DNA of 33,162 bases from a virus (lineage: Duplodnaviria; Caudoviricetes): the IMG/VR virus record IMGVR_UViG_3300032320_001880, positions 1 to 33,162 of that record. One strand, given 5' to 3'. A model generated the notes under the pieces. That model did no database searches, was not told the DNA's origin, and saw only the letters and a program-made list of their open reading frames with translations. Positions 27,300-33,162 of this stretch are shown in pieces; within the stretch, counting starts at the first letter, position 1; the number at the start of each line of letters is the position of its first letter. The translations under genes were made by a program, and so were the position numbers.

Positions 27300-27330
27300 T
27301 TTGTATAATTGAAAAACTTTATTATTTTTG
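27300..27330 (+). promoter_or_regulatory. Bacteroidota-type sigma70 promoter
   Basis: TTTG 27300-03, 19 nt, TATTTTTG 27323-30; ATG 4 nt later. Confidence 0.75.
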
Positions 27331-27334
27331 TAGT

Positions 27335-27625
27335 ATGACAATAGGAGATTTATGTGAATTCAAAACCAACTTCCCTGATGCGGATTTTTGGTTAGTTAAA
27401 AAAGGTAGTAGAAATGAAATTGGTAAGCCAGTTAAAACATTCTCACCTGAAAACATTGGTGTTAAAGTAATTAGAACCGATGTATTACTTCCCGAATATC
27501 TGTATTATGTCTTTATGAACATACAAAATCAAGGTGTTTTTGATATGTTAGCTGACGTAAATGATGGTGGAAAACGGATTATTTCCATAGATAAGTTGAA
27601 ACGACTACCTATTGGTAATCAATAA
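27335..27625 (+). CDS. Small protein resembling a minimal type I R-M specificity (HsdS TRD-like) domain
   Basis: IGDLCEF N-terminus, LLPEYLYYVF, ISIDKLKRLPI C-terminus. Confidence 0.5.
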   Translation: MTIGDLCEFKTNFPDADFWLVKKGSRNEIGKPVKTFSPENIGVKVIRTDVLLPEYLYYVFMNIQNQGVFDMLADVNDGGKRIISIDKLKRLPIGNQ

Positions 27626-27637
27626 CTTAAAAGAATT

Positions 27638-27673
27638 ATACCCGATTATTTGTTTAGTCGGGTATTTTTTTTT
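27638..27673 (+). terminator. Intrinsic terminator overlapping next promoter (TTTG 27649-52 / TATTTTTG 27673-80)
   Basis: ATACCCGA...TCGGGTAT plus T-tract. Confidence 0.8.
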
Positions 27674-27684
27674 ATTTTTGTTGG

Positions 27685-28272
27685 ATGATAGACAATTTTG
27701 AACAAATAAAGCAATACTTAACATTTGATAGTTCAGATGATTTCTATTACGTTCAGATAATTCAAAGGCGTAAGGAAAATCCTGAATTAAAAACAAATAA
27801 CTATATGGTTAAATCATATACTATAACTTCTGCTGACTATCTTGAAATGAAGAAGAAAGAGATTGTTACCCTATGTGAATTACATAACGCAAGGGCTTAT
27901 ATCAATCTTAATAAAAGGAGTTTTGAAAAGTGTGCTTACCATTCAATGAAGAAACTAACAGATGTGATATTAGCTAAGAGTTTTAAATCGGCTAAGAAGG
28001 TATTTGATAGTGTTGCTTCGGCACATTCGGCAGATAAAGAAAAGAAATGGTTGATTGATGTGGATGATATGGAGTTTCCAAGTCCATTGATGATGGCTCA
28101 TATTGAACATAATTGTAAGCCTTATGACCCTGATAAGATAATTGGTGTGATAAAAACTTTAAATGGATGTCATTTAATAACCAAACCATTTAACATTGTT
28201 CAATTTAGGGAGAAATACCCTGATGTGGAGGTGAAAAAAAACTCACCAACACTATTGTATTATTCGAAATAA
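27685..28272 (+). CDS. Hypothetical protein with AEP (primase-polymerase)-like catalytic motifs
   Basis: WLIDVD and TLNGCHLIT. Confidence 0.55.
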   Translation: MIDNFEQIKQYLTFDSSDDFYYVQIIQRRKENPELKTNNYMVKSYTITSADYLEMKKKEIVTLCELHNARAYINLNKRSFEKCAYHSMKKLTDVILAKSFKSAKKVFDSVASAHSADKEKKWLIDVDDMEFPSPLMMAHIEHNCKPYDPDKIIGVIKTLNGCHLITKPFNIVQFREKYPDVEVKKNSPTLLYYSK

Positions 28273-28289
28273 TTTAATACTATTATAAT

Positions 28290-28472
28290 ATGAAAAAGTT
28301 TGTTTTTACCAACAAAGGTAGTGATGAGGTTATTGGATTGACTGAAACACAAGAAGAATTGCAGGAAGCTATTGAGTTTTTTGCTGAAATAAAGAAATTA
28401 CCTATTGATGAGTTTCTTAAATTATATGATGTTAAACAAATTAAAACTAAAGAACGTGGAAGAATTAGATAA
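28290..28472 (+). CDS. Hypothetical protein
   Basis: 60-aa ORF with typical codon use. Confidence 0.65.
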   Translation: MKKFVFTNKGSDEVIGLTETQEELQEAIEFFAEIKKLPIDEFLKLYDVKQIKTKERGRIR

Positions 28473-28677
28473 AATAGGTGGTATTGATATATTAAAAATC
28501 TATGGACAGGTAAATAATGGTTTTAGTGAAATATACGAATTGAATGATGATTATGGGGCATATTTAGTTCCATTTGATATTAAAAATTATGGAGTGTATT
28601 TTGGTGATTTAGCACCAGAAAAACCTAAAAACTTAAAAAATGGTGTCCCTATGAATTGGGATAATGAAAACATTTAA
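28456..28677 (+). CDS. Hypothetical protein
   Basis: Probable GTG start at 28456 within ORF 28405-28677. Confidence 0.55.
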   Translation: MEELDKIGGIDILKIYGQVNNGFSEIYELNDDYGAYLVPFDIKNYGVYFGDLAPEKPKNLKNGVPMNWDNENI

Positions 28678-29045
28678 TCTACTAAAACCCAAACAAAGAA
28701 AGTGTGGAATGAAGCACTGAAAAGGATGTAATAGATAAGAAAATCTAATATTCCGATTATTGGTGAGTAGAATACTATTGCAAGTGATATACAAAGTATC
28801 ATAATACATTTAGCAAGATGCCACCAGTCAGTAAGGAATACAAATGCTGATGTTGAGAATGGGAACTTTTCACCCAAACCAGCGACACCATGTTTATATT
28901 TATTTGTCCAAGATTTCTTTGGGTTAAAGAATTGTGAATATTTGTTTAAATGTTTTTTAAAGAAAGATTTTTCCCATCTATAAGTGACTACATCCATAGA
29001 TGCGTTAAATATTCCTGCTAATATTATGAAAATAATTGAAATCAT
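28674..29045 (-). CDS. Membrane protein
   Basis: Three hydrophobic segments, FVFLTDWWHLAK; TATTTAT at 29050-29056. Confidence 0.75.
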   Translation of the reverse strand: MISIIFIILAGIFNASMDVVTYRWEKSFFKKHLNKYSQFFNPKKSWTNKYKHGVAGLGEKFPFSTSAFVFLTDWWHLAKCIMILCISLAIVFYSPIIGILDFLIYYILFSASFHTFFVWVLVD

Positions 29046-29056
29046 ATAAATAAATA

Positions 29057-29088
29057 TTTGGAAATATTAAAAATGTTATGTATCTTTG
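29057..29088 (+). promoter_or_regulatory. Bacteroidota-type sigma70 promoter
   Basis: TTTG 29057-60, 20 nt, TATCTTTG 29081-88. Confidence 0.8.
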
Positions 29089-29108
29089 TGGTATTAAAAT
29101 AAAAAAAT

Positions 29109-29351
29109 ATGAAAAATAAATTTTTAGAAAATGGAACGATGTTAGTGTTTACAACATTGATGAGTGTTTTATTCTTTTTGATAACTTATAAAGTTTTCAG
29201 ATTGGTAGATTGGGGTGCTCCGGTGGTTTTTGGTTGGAAATTGTTATTATTACCGATGTGGTGGGTTTTGATGTTAATGGTAACATTCATTTTCATATAT
29301 TTCTTACTTAAATCAATACTTTATTTAGTTAAATTAGTTAAAAACAAATAA
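29109..29351 (+). CDS. Small two-TM membrane protein
   Basis: Hydrophobic, Trp-rich loop. Confidence 0.75.
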   Translation: MKNKFLENGTMLVFTTLMSVLFFLITYKVFRLVDWGAPVVFGWKLLLLPMWWVLMLMVTFIFIYFLLKSILYLVKLVKNK

Positions 29352-29358
29352 AAAGATT

Positions 29359-29559
29359 ATGTCAGATAATAGTTCAAAGAAATCAGGATTAGGGATTGGG
29401 TCAATACTTTTCCTTATATTTTTAACTCTTAAATTGGGTGGTTGGGGAATTGTTGCTACTTGGAGTTGGTGGTGGATATTTTCCCCATTATGGATACCAA
29501 TTGCGATTATTTTATTAATCATTATTTTTGCTGGTATTATATCATTAATTTTTAAATAG
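29359..29559 (+). CDS. Small two-TM membrane protein
   Basis: FLTLKL...WSWWWIFSPLWIP pattern. Confidence 0.8.
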   Translation: MSDNSSKKSGLGIGSILFLIFLTLKLGGWGIVATWSWWWIFSPLWIPIAIILLIIIFAGIISLIFK

Positions 29560-29568
29560 AAAAAAATA

Positions 29569-29600
29569 TTTGGAAATATAAAATATCTTCCTTATCTTTG
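29569..29600 (+). promoter_or_regulatory. Bacteroidota-type sigma70 promoter
   Basis: TTTG 29569-72, 20 nt, TATCTTTG 29593-29600. Confidence 0.8.
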
Positions 29601-29620
29601 TTTCATAAATAATAAAAACT

Positions 29621-29992
29621 ATGGGATTTTTTAGCTGGAAAACACAAGACACAAAGAAAAGTATTGCTAATCAATACAGCACATTACCTACATTCCCTGT
29701 CTATATGACTGACAATCAAGGTAATATTTGGAAAGAAGAAAACTATGATGGTTATGGTGAGTTCGGTGGTAAGGATTACTACGAATTATTAGCCGAAATG
29801 AATGGTTTAGGTTCAGATAGAAGTGCTGGTATTGATTTGGTATTCAATGAAATCGGTGAAAAATATATCGCACCAAACTTATCTGAAAGTCCAAATTGGG
29901 AATGGATTGAAGAAGAACCTGAAAATTGTGAGTTTCAAGGATACTTTTATTATGATGATGAAGATGAAAGTTATGATGAGGATGAGGATTAA
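29621..29992 (+). CDS. Phage hypothetical protein with acidic tail
   Basis: MGFFSW, YDGYGEFGGKDYYELLAEMN, QGYFY. Confidence 0.8.
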   Translation: MGFFSWKTQDTKKSIANQYSTLPTFPVYMTDNQGNIWKEENYDGYGEFGGKDYYELLAEMNGLGSDRSAGIDLVFNEIGEKYIAPNLSESPNWEWIEEEPENCEFQGYFYYDDEDESYDEDED

Positions 29993-29994
29993 TT

Positions 29995-30024
29995 AAAAAA
30001 GGTTTGTTAATTCAAACCTTTTTT
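29995..30024 (+). terminator. Intrinsic terminator
   Basis: AAAAAAGGTTTG-TTAATT-CAAACCTTTTTT. Confidence 0.8.
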
Positions 30025-30033
30025 GTATATTTG
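30003..30033 (+). promoter_or_regulatory. Bacteroidota-type sigma70 promoter
   Basis: TTTG 30003-06, 19 nt, TATATTTG 30026-33. Confidence 0.8.
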
Positions 30034-30055
30034 TAATACTTAAAAAAAATAAAAA

Positions 30056-30748
30056 ATGTCAACACTTAAAATAGTTAAAAAGTCCGATGTGAATATCTTC
30101 TTCACATCGGACACGTGAACTCACTATGGACACAAGAACATATGTCGAGGTGTAAGTAATTGGAAAACTTATGATGGTGAAACACCTATCAATCAAACAC
30201 GTCCATTTGACACACTTGAGCAAATGAACGCAAGGATTGTTGCGGGTTTAAATGCTTCGGTTGGTGAGAATGATATTCTTATCCATTCAGGGGATTTTTC
30301 ATTCGGTGGATTTGAAAACATTGAGATATTCCGTAATAGAATTGTTTGTAAGAATATTCACTTGGTATTGGGTAATCACGATCACCACATAGAACGTAAT
30401 AAAGGTGGTGTGAAAAACTATTTCAAGTCAGTAAATGATATCTTAACCCTTCACGTTGAAATGGATAAGGAAAGTAAAAAAGACCCTAAGATTGTTCATA
30501 CATTCGAAATATTTCACTATCCAATTGCTTCTTGGAAGAATATGAATGAAGGTGTGATACTGCTGCATGGGCACGTTCATTTACCTCCACATAAAAGGCT
30601 TTCAGAGGGTAAGGCAATGGATATTGGTATTGATGGTAATAATATGGATCCAATCTCATTGGAAGAAGTTTTATCAATTATGGAAAATCAACCAATAAGA
30701 AAACTATCATTGCCATCCGATCACCACGAAGAAAGATTGAGAACCTAA
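30056..30748 (+). CDS. Calcineurin-like metallophosphoesterase interrupted by in-frame TGA (30116-30118); recoded gene or pseudogene
   Basis: ATG 30056 is in frame with ORF 30224; reads ...FFTSDT*THYGHKNI..., then GDFS, GNHDH, FHYP, HGHVH, DIGID motifs. Confidence 0.85.
30082..30112 (+). other. Perfect 12-bp intragenic hairpin abutting ACG-TGA-ACT
   Basis: GTCCGATGTGAA (30082-93), 7-nt loop, TTCACATCGGAC (30101-12). Confidence 0.9.
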
Positions 30749-30759
30749 TATTTATTTGT

Positions 30760-31185
30760 ATGGCATATTCAAGATGGAGTAATAGTATTTGGTATAGTTT
30801 TTGGGTTTCAACTGATTTAAAATATAAGTTGCCAACACAGAAATTAAAAGATGAACAATTGTTCGAGATTTGTGATTTCCCCTCATATTATGTGAGTTAT
30901 GGTTCAATCAAAACTGAAGGTATTGATGTAGTTCTTAAAGAAATAAAAGATTTTTATTCAAAGGATCATAACGGTTCAATATTTGATAAGTATGTTGATG
31001 GTAAATTGACATACAAAGAAACTACTTTTGACGCTAAAAATAATACCGATGAAGAAATTGAAGAATTGAAGGATTATTTAACTCAATTTATAAATGATGT
31101 TGATAATCATTTCAAATGGAATAACTTCTTTTATTATGAATGGTACCTTCCCTTTCGTCATAGTTTAAATAAAAAGTCCCAGTAA
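30760..31185 (+). CDS. Hypothetical protein
   Basis: MAYSRWSNSIWYSFW; TATTTAT 30749-30755. Confidence 0.75.
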   Translation: MAYSRWSNSIWYSFWVSTDLKYKLPTQKLKDEQLFEICDFPSYYVSYGSIKTEGIDVVLKEIKDFYSKDHNGSIFDKYVDGKLTYKETTFDAKNNTDEEIEELKDYLTQFINDVDNHFKWNNFFYYEWYLPFRHSLNKKSQ

Positions 31186-31199
31186 TGGGATTTTTTTTT
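31175..31199 (+). terminator. Intrinsic terminator
   Basis: AGTCCCA-GTAA-TGGGATT plus T-tract. Confidence 0.75.
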
Positions 31200-31213
31200 G
31201 CCTATTTATGAAT

Positions 31214-31834
31214 ATGAAAAAACTAATTACATTATTATTTATGCTACCCTTATTGGTATTTGGGCAAGCAAACAAAATTGATACGACAATATATGTATCA
31301 AACTACACCAGTTATTTTAGCAAATCACACAAAAACCCTATTATTTTAACTTATAAGTTGTATAAAGGTGGAGGTGATTGTTCAAGAGCAGGTTTCAGAT
31401 TTAAAAATGATTTACCTATTTCTTGTCAAACTGACGCTGAATATCTTAAATCAGGTTATGATAAAGGACATTTGGCTAATGCTGAGGACTTCGCTAATAA
31501 TTGTATGTATGATGAATTAACATTCAGATATTACAATTGTGTTCCACAAACAAAAGAATTGAATAGAGGTATTTGGAAACAACAAGAAACAACAATTAGA
31601 GCGATGTCACAAACAGATAGTTTATTAATATTCTGTTTCAATGATTTCTCAGGTTGTAATAAACCACAAAATAGCTTACACGTTCCTACATATTGTGTTA
31701 AAGGTGTTAAATCTTTATCAACTGGTAAATGGGTAAGTATTATGTTATATACAAACACAAGTAAACCTGAAGGTAAGCAAATTACACCTGAAGAGTTTAA
31801 AGCTAAGTTTGGAATTGATATAAACCAATATTAA
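31214..31834 (+). CDS. Secreted DNA/RNA non-specific endonuclease (NucA/EndoG family)
   Basis: Signal peptide MKKLITLLFMLPLLVFG|Q; SGYDKGHL, NCVPQ...LNRGIWK..E, VPTY; TATTTAT 31203-31209. Confidence 0.9.
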   Translation: MKKLITLLFMLPLLVFGQANKIDTTIYVSNYTSYFSKSHKNPIILTYKLYKGGGDCSRAGFRFKNDLPISCQTDAEYLKSGYDKGHLANAEDFANNCMYDELTFRYYNCVPQTKELNRGIWKQQETTIRAMSQTDSLLIFCFNDFSGCNKPQNSLHVPTYCVKGVKSLSTGKWVSIMLYTNTSKPEGKQITPEEFKAKFGIDINQY

Positions 31835-31854
31835 ATATTTAACTATTTATTGGT

Positions 31855-32292
31855 ATGAAAAACAATAAAGAACAAGAGCCAATAATTGCTCAACCAACAG
31901 AAAAAGTTATGGAACAAAAAGAAAACAAAATTAAGAAGTTTTTAGGTTTAGGAAAATCGGACTTCGTTAAAGTAGATGACAAAAACAGATTCTACTACAT
32001 GCTTCAAGGTATGCAAAATAACAGATGGAGAATTACTTTAATAGTATTATTCTTATTCTTCTTTATTATTGCAGGTATCAACTCAGCAGTATTTTTTGGT
32101 ATTTTAATCAATGAATCTTGGAAAGAAATGTTACTTATTTTATTAGGAGCATTTGTCGGTAATTTAAACAAAGTAGTTGATTACTGGTTCAATTCTGAAG
32201 ATAGAGATAAGATGTTAATTGCTAAGGTAGATGAGGAAGATGATTCAGTTGAAGCAATTATCGCTAAAAGAAATGCACCAACAAACATTTAA
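31855..32292 (+). CDS. Two-TM membrane protein, holin-like
   Basis: Two TM helices then VVDYWFNS and charged tail; TATTTAT 31844-31850. Confidence 0.5.
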   Translation: MKNNKEQEPIIAQPTEKVMEQKENKIKKFLGLGKSDFVKVDDKNRFYYMLQGMQNNRWRITLIVLFLFFFIIAGINSAVFFGILINESWKEMLLILLGAFVGNLNKVVDYWFNSEDRDKMLIAKVDEEDDSVEAIIAKRNAPTNI

Positions 32293-32294
32293 TT

Positions 32295-32876
32295 ATGGCT
32301 TACATATATAGACATATAAGATTAGACAAGAACGAACCTTTTTATATTGGTATTGGGGACAATTCACATGAAGGAACTTACCCTCGTGCTCATAGTAAAA
32401 AACATAGAAATAATCATTGGTTAAACATAGTTAAAATTACTGATTATAGGGTTGATATTATTATGGATGATATGACTTGGGAAGAAGCTTGTGTAAAAGA
32501 AAAAGAACTTATATGTTTATATGGTAGGCATGACAAAAATCTTGGTTGTTTATCAAATCAAACGGATGGTGGTGATGGTGGGACTGGTATTATTGTTAAA
32601 GAAAAAACAAAAGAAAAAATTAGAAGTTTTCAATTATCTTTAAACAAGAAAGGAAAACCAGGGCGTGTTTGGACTGAAGAATCTAAACAAAAACTATCTA
32701 AAACTATTACAGGACATAAACATACTGAAGAAGCGAAAGAAAAAATGAGGAAGCCGAGATTAAATACTGAAGGATATAAAAGACCTAAAAATAAAATTGA
32801 ATGTCCTCATTGTGGTATGATGGCTCAACCAACAAATGCTTATAGATGGCATTTTGACAATTGTAAGAAAAAATAA
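32295..32876 (+). CDS. GIY-YIG-like homing endonuclease with NUMOD3 repeats and Cys/His module
   Basis: YIYRH....FYIGIG, E..LI..YGR, L.NQTDGGDG, HTEEAKEKM, CPHC...WHFDNC. Confidence 0.8.
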   Translation: MAYIYRHIRLDKNEPFYIGIGDNSHEGTYPRAHSKKHRNNHWLNIVKITDYRVDIIMDDMTWEEACVKEKELICLYGRHDKNLGCLSNQTDGGDGGTGIIVKEKTKEKIRSFQLSLNKKGKPGRVWTEESKQKLSKTITGHKHTEEAKEKMRKPRLNTEGYKRPKNKIECPHCGMMAQPTNAYRWHFDNCKKK

Positions 32877-32914
32877 AGCACTTTAGGTGGATAAACAACC
32901 TTTAAAAATGTTTT

Positions 32915-32946
32915 AAAAAGGGTTAGTAATTTACTAACCCTTTTTT
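32915..32946 (+). terminator. Intrinsic terminator
   Basis: AAAAAGGGTTAGTA-ATT-TACTAACCCTTTTTT. Confidence 0.9.
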
Positions 32947-32984
32947 ATTTAATTTCAGCTATAAAATTATTATTATTAAACTAT

Positions 32985-33134
32985 ATGGAAACACCTTTAG
33001 AAATCCTTATGGGATGGATTATTCAAGAAAATAAACACAGAGCAATTGATGTGGCTGATGTTTATATTAAAGCTAAAGAATTATTAGAATACGAAAAAGA
33101 ATACATTAAAAATGATGTTGATATATTAAATTAG
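32985..33134 (+). CDS. Small hypothetical protein (49 aa, not in ORF track)
   Basis: METPLEILMGWII...AKELLEYEKEYI; ends TAG. Confidence 0.55.
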   Translation: METPLEILMGWIIQENKHRAIDVADVYIKAKELLEYEKEYIKNDVDILN

Positions 33135-33162
33135 ATTTCATATCTTTATGTTATGTCAAAAG

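Noticed and set aside
30116-30118. Genome-wide TGA reassignment
   Set aside because: TGA ends other genes normally (17397-99 with ATGA coupling, 20859-61, smpB 21322-24), long genes are intact in code 11, and an amino acid here would break D-x-H spacing.
30113-30160. Selenocysteine insertion
   Set aside because: No Cys is expected at this position, the motif would gain two residues, and only a weak 4-bp stem lies downstream.
435-31758. Antisense and alternate-frame ORFs in the track (e.g. 435, 871, 1841, 3874, 6229, 6254, 8924, 15455, 16595, 22101, 29334, 30486, 31531)
   Set aside because: Shadows of well-supported genes, with no motifs or initiation signals.
1-33162. tRNA, tmRNA, rRNA, introns or inteins
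   Set aside because: Intergenic gaps are short and explained by promoters and terminators; terL and portal are uninterrupted; no cloverleaf was seen by eye.

Overview
AT-rich, gene-dense segment of a large T4-like (jumbo) tailed phage, almost certainly infecting a Bacteroidota host: about a dozen genes carry the Bacteroidota sigma70 promoter TTTG-N19/20-TAnnTTTG. The left end holds a head/packaging module (putative protease-processed head protein, PhoH, large terminase, T4 gp20-like portal). The rest is accessory: M28-like peptidase, PD-(D/E)XK nuclease, class I/II aminotransferase, SmpB, an anticodon-domain-less class II aaRS-like protein, a SET-domain protein, three unrelated peptidoglycan hydrolases, HNH and GIY-YIG-like endonucleases, a secreted NucA-type nuclease, and five paralogues sharing a YG-x-x-[TS]-[KR]-W-C motif. 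A second upstream motif, TATTTAT, marks structural, lysis and minus-strand 'cargo' genes. The most striking signal is a calcineurin-like phosphoesterase gene (30056-30748). Its first metal-binding motif reads D-T-STOP-T-H (GAC ACG TGA ACT CAC), directly preceded by a perfect 12-bp hairpin, which looks like a programmed ribosomal stop-hop restoring D-T-H. All calls come from visual motif recognition; no database searches were run.
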